This document shows positions 40,273-49,439 of a stretch of 64,000 nt of DNA, piece by piece. The notes below the pieces were generated by a model, which was not told the DNA's origin, made no database searches, and saw only the letters and a program-made list of their open reading frames with translations. The stretch's first letter is position 1. Every line of letters begins with the position of its first letter. The stretch is from an uncultured archaeon. GTDB taxonomy: Archaea > Thermoproteota > Nitrososphaeria > Nitrososphaerales > Gagatemarchaeaceae. The stretch is from assembly GCA_963799775.1 (NCBI GenBank), contig CAWCYD010000003.1:928001-992000 (forward strand), written 5' to 3'. A program made the translations under genes and the position numbers.

Positions 40273-40767
40273 TCACCGAGCGCCCTGAAGCCGAACTCGT
40301 GCCGCCTTGCGCTCTCCCTCTGAGAGCAACCCCCAGTAGCCGTTTCCTTTGACAAGTCCGGAGTGCTTGGCGAAGCTCCTCAGGTCGAAGGTCAATAGGT
40401 TCTCGATGCGCAGGCTCTGGAGCAAGAGCGTGGTCACGGCGTCCGTGAGGCTGAGCGACCGCTCACGCTGGAACAGCTTCAATGCCTCGGCGTGGAGCGC
40501 CCCGTCCACGATCTGCTCTTTTATTCCGGACCCGACGATGAGGTCGGGGAGAGCCCTCGCTGTCGCGGGGCCGCGCCTCGCGGCGAGCAGGAGTGTGGTC
40601 TCGAGGACGATGTAGTTCGTCGTGAAGACTGCGCCCCACCTTCCATCCAAGGCGTGGAGGAGGACCGCCAAGGAGTCTTCGTGGTGCGAGTCACTCGTGT
40701 CGTAGATCGCGTACAGCACGCCGGTGTCGACAAGAGCACCCGTCTTGACCTTCCCCCGCTCGCTCCG
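40273..40767 (-). CDS. PIN-domain toxin (start codon unclear)
   Basis: ALVDTGVLYA, IVLET, LSLTDA, TFDLRSF. Confidence 0.8.
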   Translation of the reverse strand, partial: RSERGKVKTGALVDTGVLYAIYDTSDSHHEDSLAVLLHALDGRWGAVFTTNYIVLETTLLLAARRGPATARALPDLIVGSGIKEQIVDGALHAEALKLFQRERSLSLTDAVTTLLLQSLRIENLLTFDLRSFAKHSGLVKGNGYWGLLSEGERKAARVRLQGAR

Positions 40768-41037
40768 CTACGACCTTTCTTGAGAGATGAACTTTCCTAG
40801 TTCGTCGTCGACATTCTCGGAGACGCTGACCTTCTTCTTGCTCGATGGTCCAGCGAATCGCAAAGTCTCGACTAGGGCGACGGTGTTGCCGCGGAACCTC
40901 TCGTTCTCCTTCTCGGCGCTCTCAAGGGCGAACCTGAAGGCCTCCGTCAGCGTCTTCGAGCTCGTCCTCTTAGCGAGCCTCTCGAGCCTCAGCTTGTCGT
41001 CCCTCGAGATCCGGATTGTCGTGCTCATCTCTTCCAT
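40768..41037 (-). CDS. RHH-type antitoxin
   Basis: STTIRISRDDKLRLERLAKR..SKTLTEAFRFAL; C-terminal SENVDDEL. Confidence 0.75.
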   Translation of the reverse strand: MEEMSTTIRISRDDKLRLERLAKRTSSKTLTEAFRFALESAEKENERFRGNTVALVETLRFAGPSSKKKVSVSENVDDELGKFISQERS

Positions 41038-41041
41038 GCCC

Positions 41042-41061
41042 TATATCTACATGTAGATATA
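41042..41061. promoter_or_regulatory. Perfect 20-bp palindrome TATATCTACATGTAGATATA (putative TA operator overlapping the TATA region)
   Basis: Exact reverse-complement symmetry just upstream of the antitoxin ATG. Confidence 0.65.
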
Positions 41062-41195
41062 TAAACGCCTCTACAGCCTCTCGGACGCAAATCCGAGCAT
41101 CACGGCTTGACCGTGAATATCGCCGCGCAGGACTGATTGCAGGCCGTCGAGCAGGTGTTGGCGCTTTTATATCGGGATGCCATGTGACTCTCTAG

Positions 41196-41618
41196 ATGTC
41201 CGCCAGAGTCAGGGGAGCTGCCGGCGCCGTGGAGAGGATCCTGCTCCCTCGACTCAACAGCATCGAGGGCGAGTTAAAGTCCATCAACACGCGAATCGAC
41301 TCCGTGAACGCAAGGATCGACGGCGAACTAAAGTCCATCAACGGTCGCATCGACTCCGTGAACGCCAAGATCGATTCATCGACTGGTGAGCTTCGGTCCG
41401 AGATCAAGGTTGTGGACACAAAGCTCGTCGAGATGGACAAGCGCATGGAAGTAAAGTTCGATGCTGCATCCGCCCAGATCGAGTCTGTCAGGAGCGAGGT
41501 ACGCGCCCAGGTCGAATCCGTCCGGAACGAGGTTCGCTCGCTTGGCGAGAAGGTGGACCTCGTGAAGGACATGGAAAAGCTCAAAGTCGAAGTCGCCGAG
41601 CTGAAGAAAGCGCGCTAG
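41196..41618 (+). CDS. Coiled-coil protein with an internal 18-aa tandem repeat
   Basis: I[ED]GELKSIN.RIDSVNA[RK] x2; 54-bp unit at 41262..41375. Confidence 0.75.
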   Translation: MSARVRGAAGAVERILLPRLNSIEGELKSINTRIDSVNARIDGELKSINGRIDSVNAKIDSSTGELRSEIKVVDTKLVEMDKRMEVKFDAASAQIESVRSEVRAQVESVRNEVRSLGEKVDLVKDMEKLKVEVAELKKAR

Positions 41619-41672
41619 GCTTGGGCTTCTGAGCACCAAATAGGGCATCTTCGAGCTGTCGGGTTGGAGTCA

Positions 41673-43457
41673 TCACGGCTTTAGCTTGAAAATCGCCACT
41701 CCGGACTGGTTGTAGACCATCTGGAAGCGGGAGTCGTTGGGATAGAGGGAGAACGGGTTCTGGCTCGCATTGGCGAGGACCACCGTCCCGACCCTCGTGA
41801 GCACGACGTAGGTCGGCGAGGTGCTGTTCCCAGAGGCCGCGACGACATCGCTCGGGGCGGCGAGGGGGGCGTATCCGGACGGCCGATTATAGAGGAGCTG
41901 GTAGAAGTTGAAGTAGTCGCTGGTGACCGAGACGACGAGGCTTCCCTGCGGGGTGTTGGCGTTCATCCACCCCATGGCGTCCAGGATCCCATGCTGGGTC
42001 TGGTTGTTCGCGGCCCCGTTCGACGCGGCGTCGCCCAGGAGCTGCCAGCTCCAGGAGTTCACGACGAGAAGCAGGAAGATTATCCCCACGGCGGCGTAGC
42101 GGGCCCGCGTCCAGTCCGTCCTGTAGCGCAGCTTGCTCCTCTGCTTCATCGCCCTCTCCTCGGGCCGAGGGATGAGCGCCTCGAAGGCGATGGAGGCGAA
42201 GACCAGGAGGGGTAGGAGCGTCATGTAGGAGAAGCGCCAGGCCCCTTCAGTGAAGGGGGCGACGGCGAGGAGCGCGACCAGCCAGACGAGGAGCATCCAC
42301 ACGACCGGGTTCTTGCTCCGGATCCCGAGGTAGGCCCCGGCGACGGCGAGCGCGAGCGCGAGCAAGGCCCCAGAGTCGTCGGCTATCTCTATCACCGCGT
42401 AGCGGAGGACCGGCCAGCCCGCGAACAAGCCCGAGATCGAGGTGTCCCCCGGTAGGTTCCCCCCTCCCGAGGACTGGGCGAACTGGAGTAGGAGGGTGAC
42501 GAGGCCGGGCATGACGGCGGCCGCTACAGCCGCGGGCACGAGCACCACCGCCGCGACGGCGACGCTCGGCAGGTTCACCTTCCTTTCGACTAGGAGTAAC
42601 GCCACGGGCAGGGCGACCAGGGCAGGGATCACTGTCACGAAGGAGTAGTGCGACATGTATCCGCTCGCCACGGCCAACACAAGGGCGACCCAGACCCCGG
42701 GGCTCCGCGGCTGCTTGAGCACCATCGGCACGAGCGCGAAGAGGAGGAGTATCGAGAGTATCCCGTAGAAGTTCGCGTAGAGGCCCGCGTCGAAGACGCT
42801 CCCGAACCAGACGAAGCCCGTGAAGACGTAGAGGATCGCGGCGACGAGGCCCACGCGCTTCGACCCCGTGATCGAGTCCACAGCGAAGAAGACGAGGAGG
42901 GGCGAGAGGGCCACGAGTATCCCCATCGCATACTGGGTCGCGAGGAGGACGAGGTCGCCCGAGAGCGCGACGAGCGAGCCCATCAGGAGGTGGGCGCCAT
43001 AGTAGAGGACGCCCCCGGGGAGGAACGAGATGTTGCCGGCCTGGAGGTCCGTCGTTATCTGGACGTGCTGGGTAAAGTCGACGCTCTGGAACTGGGGGAA
43101 TACCGGGTACTTGTAAAAGTGCACCGCGACGAGGACGGCCTGCGCTACGACGAGCCCGAGCACGTAGAGGTCGTAGCGCGAGAGCGTAGCGAAGGAGGCC
43201 GCCTTGCGCCTCAGGGCGACGGGCACGACGAACGCCACGAGGGAGACGGCGAGCAGGGCCCCGAGCGTCGTCGTGTCTATCCCCCTCCCCAGGGTCGTCT
43301 TGACCGCGAGGACGAGCACGTCGACTGCCATGGAGAGGCCGAAGGCGAGGCCCAGGCGCTCCGCGAGGGAGAGCTCAGGCCCGAGATTGAAGACCTCGAC
43401 GACGGCAAGGCCCGGGAGGAATAGGAGGGCGATGAACTCGAGGTAGCCCAGGAGCAT
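41673..43457 (-). CDS. Polytopic membrane protein, GT-C-like glycosyltransferase candidate
   Basis: More than 12 TM helices, SVDFTQH loop, YYGAH, C-terminal AMGWMNANTP..S.VVS domain. Confidence 0.6.
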   Translation of the reverse strand: MLLGYLEFIALLFLPGLAVVEVFNLGPELSLAERLGLAFGLSMAVDVLVLAVKTTLGRGIDTTTLGALLAVSLVAFVVPVALRRKAASFATLSRYDLYVLGLVVAQAVLVAVHFYKYPVFPQFQSVDFTQHVQITTDLQAGNISFLPGGVLYYGAHLLMGSLVALSGDLVLLATQYAMGILVALSPLLVFFAVDSITGSKRVGLVAAILYVFTGFVWFGSVFDAGLYANFYGILSILLLFALVPMVLKQPRSPGVWVALVLAVASGYMSHYSFVTVIPALVALPVALLLVERKVNLPSVAVAAVVLVPAAVAAAVMPGLVTLLLQFAQSSGGGNLPGDTSISGLFAGWPVLRYAVIEIADDSGALLALALAVAGAYLGIRSKNPVVWMLLVWLVALLAVAPFTEGAWRFSYMTLLPLLVFASIAFEALIPRPEERAMKQRSKLRYRTDWTRARYAAVGIIFLLLVVNSWSWQLLGDAASNGAANNQTQHGILDAMGWMNANTPQGSLVVSVTSDYFNFYQLLYNRPSGYAPLAAPSDVVAASGNSTSPTYVVLTRVGTVVLANASQNPFSLYPNDSRFQMVYNQSGVAIFKLKP

Positions 43458-43514
43458 CAGTCGACCGGTTGGTTTGCACCTCTATAAAGCCGGAACGAAG
43501 GTTCACCGTCTGGT

Positions 43515-43944
43515 TCAGGCGCGTTCCGAGAGCGTAGCCTTGCCGATGCAGAGCCGCTCGCCCCTGTGAAGAAGGGTCGTGAACTCCTTCGCAGTCCTCC
43601 TCCCTATCAGCACCTTGCCCGGGCCGCTCACCGGAGTGACGACCTCGGCGGTCAGGGCAGCTCCCTCCCAGGGCCACCTTCGCGACGCTGGAGCGGAAAA
43701 TGACCGTCCCTCCGAACGTCCTGTACGCCGGGAACTGGCTCTCGGGCCTCTCGGAGAGCCCCAGCTTCAACGCCTCGTAGCTAGCAGAGTCGACCATCAG
43801 CTCGCCGTGGAAACCCGTGTCGAGGGTCGCCTTCAGCGAGATGTGGTCACCAGTGACGACGTTCGTGACCTCCACGCCGATCTCGAGGCCCTCTTCCCCC
43901 TTGAAGCACTCATGCTCTTCGAAGGCTACCCGCAAGCCAATCAC
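43515..43944 (-). CDS. Clan AA aspartic protease, copy 3 (frameshift in a G-run near 43665)
   Basis: ATLDTGFHGEL, YRTFGG; shifted frame gives KVLIGRRTA. Confidence 0.75.
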
Positions 43945-44335
43945 GCTCCTCGCGCACTTCACCGACCTTCCCGATTATGGCATGCAGGAAGGGCCTTTTC
44001 TTGTATGCCTTGGCCATCTCACCCGCGACTTGGGCCTCGCTGTCCCCCAGGATGACGACCGAGCCTCGCGCGACACCCACCCACCTCCCCTTCATGGAGG
44101 GGTCGGACTCGGCCTTCCGAAAGGCGACGTTGTCCTCATCCTCTATCGTGAGGATGGCTTCCGCCTTCTTCCCCACCGGACCGCTGTTGGCGCCGACCAG
44201 GTACTCGGCCAAGGCTTCGTTGAGGATGCTGTAGACGGGCTGCCCCCTCTCTGCCGCCATCGCCTTGAGCCTCCTGTACGCCTGCCTGTCGATCTTCTTG
44301 AGGTAGATCCCTTCCGCTTGCATGATGTTATCCAA
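43910..44335 (-). CDS. RHH + DUF5678-like protein, partner of protease 3
   Basis: IYLKKIDRQAYRRLKAMAAERGQPVYSILNEAL; MKGRWVGVARGSVVILGDSEAQV. Confidence 0.75.
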   Translation of the reverse strand: MDNIMQAEGIYLKKIDRQAYRRLKAMAAERGQPVYSILNEALAEYLVGANSGPVGKKAEAILTIEDEDNVAFRKAESDPSMKGRWVGVARGSVVILGDSEAQVAGEMAKAYKKRPFLHAIIGKVGEVREERDWLAGSLRRA

Positions 44336-44378
44336 TATATCTAAGGATATAAATATATTTAAGCGCCCATCTCCCGGA

Positions 44379-45676
44379 GGCTTTGGGACGTAATTATTTT
44401 CAGAACCTCATCTTCTTGATGAGGTCTGGCTCCAGGTAACACAGGTACGAGTACTGCCTGATGTTGTGGACGTCCCTCCTCAGGAACGACTCCACGTCCT
44501 TCCTCCAAGCGAGCCTCTTCTTCAGCTTCCACGGGAACCTCCTCTTGTCCATCGAGTTGGCCGTCTCCGATATCGAGCGCATGTGGTACTGCCTTAGCCA
44601 CTGTTGAGTGTCTTCGACAAACGAGTGCATCATCTCCTTCCAGGACGGGACTCCGTGGCTCAGGTAGATCGAGTTGACCTTGGGGAAGAAGTATGGCCTC
44701 GCACCTGCTGCTGCGACCATCGAGCATGCTGGCCTCGTCGAGTAGAGCCCATCACCGAGCACTTCCTTGATGTCAGGGCAGTTGATCCGCGTCTGCGAGA
44801 GGACCGACGGGAACATCAGGAGCTCGCCCACCGAGTAGCCATCTGTCGAGACGGAGCCTCCGAAGATCTTCGTGTGGACGCCCACCGACGACTCCGAGTA
44901 CTGGAACACGTGCTGCCTCCTCGACGACGACGGCGACGGCCAGGAACCCGTCGGGTCGTCATCACCGTCCTCCTTCCTCTTCTGCTCCGAACGGACCGTC
45001 TCGTAGTTGACCTTCGTCGACGTGGGCTCGCCAGTCCCGTCGAAGGAGAAGGTGTCCTCGTTCGCGTTCCCGTACTCGTTGGTGAGCCTGAAGACCTCCT
45101 GGAGTATCTTGGTGACGGGGCCCGGGTCGTACGCCCTCTCTATCGTCTTGTAGGAGAACGTATCGGCGAGGCGGAGCTTCTCCTTGAAGACTAGCGCGAG
45201 CCCTGCGGCCACCCGGTTCGAGACGCCGAAGTAAGACTGCATCAGGAGGACCTTCGCGACGTCTCCAGGGGAGTAGGTGGGAGGCCTCCCAACGCGCCCT
45301 TTCCTCTCCAGGTCTTCGACGGGTATCCGGTTGACCGCCTCGTCGACCAGTTTCGTGATGTTGTAGAGCATGTCCGCGAGCTCGTATGCCTGCGCCTCCG
45401 TGTAGGAGGACCAGTCGAGCGATCTCCTCGGCCTCTCGTCGTACTCGAACTCTCCCGACCTGACGGATTTGACGAGACCCCTCAGCTCGTCTACGGTGCG
45501 CCGATGATGGTCCTTGTCCTCCTGCTCGCCCAACGCCCCATGGAACGCAAAGGCCTCCTTTTAATCAGCGGTGTAGCAACAGATTCTCAACGCGGTGACG
45601 GAGTCTGGTCCCAGACCCATAATTCAAAGCCTTGACAGCTATCCAACAAGGGTGCGGTTAATTACGTCCCAAAGCC
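44379..45676 (-). mobile_element. Complete insertion sequence, 1298 bp
   Basis: Perfect 18-bp TIRs GGCTTTGGGACGTAATTA (44379..44396, 45659..45676); 9-bp target duplication TCTCCCGGA (44370..44378, 45677..45685). Confidence 0.95.
44400..45533 (-). CDS. DDE transposase (IS4/IS5-like YREK signature)
   Basis: SFDGTG, LGDGLY, YHMRSISETANSMDK. Confidence 0.9.
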   Translation of the reverse strand: MGEQEDKDHHRRTVDELRGLVKSVRSGEFEYDERPRRSLDWSSYTEAQAYELADMLYNITKLVDEAVNRIPVEDLERKGRVGRPPTYSPGDVAKVLLMQSYFGVSNRVAAGLALVFKEKLRLADTFSYKTIERAYDPGPVTKILQEVFRLTNEYGNANEDTFSFDGTGEPTSTKVNYETVRSEQKRKEDGDDDPTGSWPSPSSSRRQHVFQYSESSVGVHTKIFGGSVSTDGYSVGELLMFPSVLSQTRINCPDIKEVLGDGLYSTRPACSMVAAAGARPYFFPKVNSIYLSHGVPSWKEMMHSFVEDTQQWLRQYHMRSISETANSMDKRRFPWKLKKRLAWRKDVESFLRRDVHNIRQYSYLCYLEPDLIKKMRF

Positions 45677-45887
45677 TCTCCCGGATGCGGCAGCACCAAC
45701 GTCTGGAATCCCAGACGCCTTATCCAGGCGAGAGTCATCGAAAGTAGCGTGCCTCTCTCTGGAGCTTCATGGACGAGCTTCGCAGGAGGAGCGTCGCTCT
45801 CAAGTATTCCATTGCCGACGCAGAGTCTGAGATAGAAAGAGCGCTCGGACGAAATAAAGGACAGACACGATCCAGCTGAGGAGCTCT

Positions 45888-48390
45888 CTAGCCGGGAGGA
45901 CCCCGGCGCTTGAGCAGGGCAGACGCGGCGGCAGCCCCTACGAGGGTAACAATCAGGACCGGCGCGACACCTAGCGGGAACTCGGGCACTGTCGAGGTCG
46001 TCCTCGAAGAGGAGCTCGTGACGGCGGTGGTCGATGTTGACGTCGAGGTCGTTGTGAAGGTGGGCGTCGTCACACTGATGGTGACCGTGCCGCTGTTGCT
46101 CGATGCGCTCGTGCTAGACGCCGTGCTCGAGGTCGTGCTGGTGGTCGAGCCGGACGAGGTCGTCGACGTGGAGCTCGAGGTCACCGAGGTCGTAGTCGAA
46201 GTGGACCCTCCTACACCTGCTTGGTATTCGAGCAGCCTGTTGTTGCTGTTGTCCGCGACCCAGAGGTTCCCCGAAGCGTCGAAGGCCAGCCCGAGAGGGT
46301 TGGCCATCCCCGTGGCGCTCGTCGTGGGCACATTCGAAGTAAAGCCCGACTGGCCGAGGACGAGCGAGGCCGACATCGAGTTGGAGAACGGCTTTGCGAA
46401 CTCGAGGACCCTGTTGTTGGCCTCGTCCCCTACCCAGAGGTTGCCGGAGCGGTCGAAGGCGAGCGAGGAGGGGGTGTCGAGCCCTGTCTGCGTGATCGCA
46501 CGGGCGTTCGACGTGAAGAAGGACTGCCCGATCACGAGCGAGGCGGACTCGCCTATCGTGAAGGGCGGGGCGAAGACGAGCACGCGGTTGTTGAGGGCGT
46601 CGGCCACCCAGAGGTTCCCAGAGGAGTCGAAGGCGAGGTCGACTGGGGCGGCGAGCTCAGAGGCTGACGTGCCCGCGGTCGAGCTCCCGAAGCTCAGCTG
46701 GCCCAAGACCAGCGACGCCGACATCCCGCTGGTGAACGGGGCCTTGAACTCGAGGATCCTGCTGTTGAAGGCGTCCGCGACCCAGAGGTTCCCGGAGGAG
46801 TCGAACGCGAGCCCCGCGGGGTAGTATAGGCCCGAGGGCGTGGTCTGCGCGGCGCCGGTGGAGAGGGTGAGCTGCCCCAGCACGAGGGAGGCGCTCATCC
46901 CCGTCGTGAAGGGAGGGGCGTACTCCAGGGCCCTGTTGTTCCCAGAGTCGCTCACCCAAAGGTCGCCGGAGGCGTCGAACGTCACGTAGAACGGCAGGTC
47001 GAGGCCCGCAGCTGACGTCGCGGATTGGCTCCGTGTCAGGTTGGAGTGTCCCAGGGCTATGGAGGCGCTCATCCCCGTGGCCAAGGGCGGAGAGTACTCG
47101 ACGACGCGGTTGTTGTTGGTGTCCACGGCCCAGAGGTTGCCCGAGGAGTCGAAGGCGACGGACTCTGGCGCGTAGAGAGCGGCTGCGCCCCCGTAGATGC
47201 TCGACGCGTAGCTGGTCTGTCCCAGCTCCTCGTTCGCCCCCGACCCGCTCGCGAACGGAGGGGAGAACTCCAGGAGCCTGTTGTTGTAAGAGTCGGCCAC
47301 CCAGAGGTTGCCGCCAGGCCCGAAGGAGACCTGGCTCGGGTTGTTCATCCCGGACTGCGAAGTGCTCGTTGATCCTGTCGTGAAGTTCTGCTGCCCAAGG
47401 ACCGCGGAGGCCTGCATCCCGGTGGAGAAGGGCGCCGTGAACTCGAGCACCCGGTTGTTTCCGGCGCCGGCGACCCAGAGGTCCCCGGAGGAGTCGAAGG
47501 CGAGGCCGTCGGGGAAGTATAGGCTGGAGCTGGTCGTCCCGGAGGAGCCCGAGGTGAGCGAGGTCTGCCCCAGCGCGATAGAGGCGTTCATCCCGCTCGT
47601 GAAGGGGGCCTTGTACTCGAGGACGCGGCTGTTGCCGCTGTCGGCGACCCAGAGGCTCACCGGAGGAGTCGAAGGTCGCCCACGTGGGATAGCGCAGGCC
47701 GTTCGCCGAGGAGCTGTACGCGTCAGAGGTGAAGGAGCTCTGCCCGAGGACGAGGGACGCGGCCATCCCGCTGCTCAGGGGCGCGGCGTACTCGAGGACC
47801 CTGTTGTTGTTCCCGTCCGTTACCCAGAGGTTCCCCGCGGAGTCGAAGAGGACGTCGCCGGGCGTGTCGAGGCCCGTCGGGGAGATCGCCGAGACGGATG
47901 AGGTGAATATCAGCTGCCCGATGACTGTGGCCGCGGCCTCCCCCGTGGAGAAGGGCTTGGGGTACTCGAGCACCCTGTTGTTGCTCGTGTCGGCGACCCA
48001 GAGGTTCCCGGAGGAGTCGAAGGTCATGCCCGAGGGGTTGTAGATCCCCGTGCGGGTTATCTCCGGGAGGCCGGTGGTGACGCTCGACTGCCCCAGGACG
48101 AGGAGGGGGGTCGGGACGCCGGCGCTGGAGGCGGGCTCCTCGAGAATCCTGTTGTTCCCAGAGTCGGCGACCCAGAGGTTCCCCGAGGAGTCGAATACAA
48201 AGTTGCTCGGGACCTTGAGCGCGTTCGAGGGGTAGACGCTCGAGGCGAGGTCAGGCGCCCCTATCGCGACCGAGGCGCTCTGGCTGGTTGCGAACGCGTG
48301 GGCAGGGCGAAGGCCCGCAGAGAGAAAGCTCATGCTCAGGACTGCCATGATCGCGATTGGCAGCCACCACGCCACACGGCCCGGGCCCAT
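45888..48390 (-). CDS. NHL-repeat beta-propeller surface protein with PEF-CTERM (frameshift near 47657)
   Basis: More than 10 FDSSGNLWVAD..NNR repeats, S/T linker, VPEFP-TM-KRR. Confidence 0.9.
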
Positions 48391-48552
48391 GTTGGCGCAC
48401 CGCTCGGCTCTCGCGATATAAGGCCTCGGGCCGTCGCGTTCCCCGGTTGCCCGCAGGTAGAAACCTATGAGGCCATGTGCTGGAAGTTTCTATCAGAGCA
48501 CGGCTCTGTAAACGTCGCTGGCTACTCATGTTAGCTGACTATCCATCATGTT

Positions 48553-49431
48553 TTGGCCTCTTTGATGCTCCAGAGTAGATTCCGGAATGGGAATTGGTCG
48601 TGGGCGATAGTCCTGCTCGCGACGCTGTGCCTCGTCGCCCTTGGGAGGCCCGTGACAGGCGCCGCGGCATCAGCGGCCGTATCGATATCCCCGACCCACG
48701 GGATCGCGGGGACCGAGGCGAAGCTCAACGGGAGCGGGTTCGCCCCGACGGCGATAATCATAGTTGACTGGGGCGGCTCACCCTACACCTATGGCCAGAC
48801 CAACCCCTCGGGGGTCTTCATCGAGTACTTCGCGGTGCCCGGCGACCCCGCGGGCGCCTACAACGTCACTGTGACCGACAACAAGGGTGACGCAGCATCC
48901 ACGGGCTTCGTCATCGACGCCTCGGCGGCCAGCTCGACGTCGAGCTCGACCTCTACCTCGACCACGGCCACGACGACGAGCACGACGACCTCCTCGACGA
49001 CGAGCCCGTCGACGACCTCTTCTTCGACTTCTTCATCGACCACGGACAACGGGGGCTCCAAGCCGTCCACTCGCACTGTGACGAGCACCGAGTTCTCGAA
49101 TGAGACCACGACAGTCGTCTCCACCGAGACCGTCACCCAGCAAGGCCCGACGACGACATCCACGGCGTCGGTGGTGGTCCCCACCACGGTCCCCGGGACG
49201 ACCCTGACGACTACCACGACGCAGACCGAACCGGCTTCCACCGTCACCGTGACGGCCACGGACCAGAGAGGGGGCGCTGGGGGAGCGACCGCACCCCAGC
49301 TGCTGGGCGGGGCGAGCGACCCCGTTCTCTACGTCCTAGCGGGGATAGGGATACTGGTCTGCGCCATCGTGGCGGGTGTCGCGGCGTTTCGCCGGAGGGC
49401 CAGCGACGACTTTCAGGACTTGAAGCGCTGA
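48553..49431 (+). CDS. Secreted Ig-like/Thr-rich membrane-anchored protein
   Basis: Signal peptide, GSGF...FAVP domain, T/S stalk, C-terminal TM + RRR. Confidence 0.7.
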   Translation: MASLMLQSRFRNGNWSWAIVLLATLCLVALGRPVTGAAASAAVSISPTHGIAGTEAKLNGSGFAPTAIIIVDWGGSPYTYGQTNPSGVFIEYFAVPGDPAGAYNVTVTDNKGDAASTGFVIDASAASSTSSSTSTSTTATTTSTTTSSTTSPSTTSSSTSSSTTDNGGSKPSTRTVTSTEFSNETTTVVSTETVTQQGPTTTSTASVVVPTTVPGTTLTTTTTQTEPASTVTVTATDQRGGAGGATAPQLLGGASDPVLYVLAGIGILVCAIVAGVAAFRRRASDDFQDLKR

Positions 49432-49439
49432 GGCCCGGC

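Noticed and set aside
46200-48200. Regularly spaced CCCAGAGGTT...GAGTCGAA repeats resembling a CRISPR array
   Set aside because: They encode the NHL repeats (FDSSGNLW); they are degenerate, with spacing much longer than CRISPR units.
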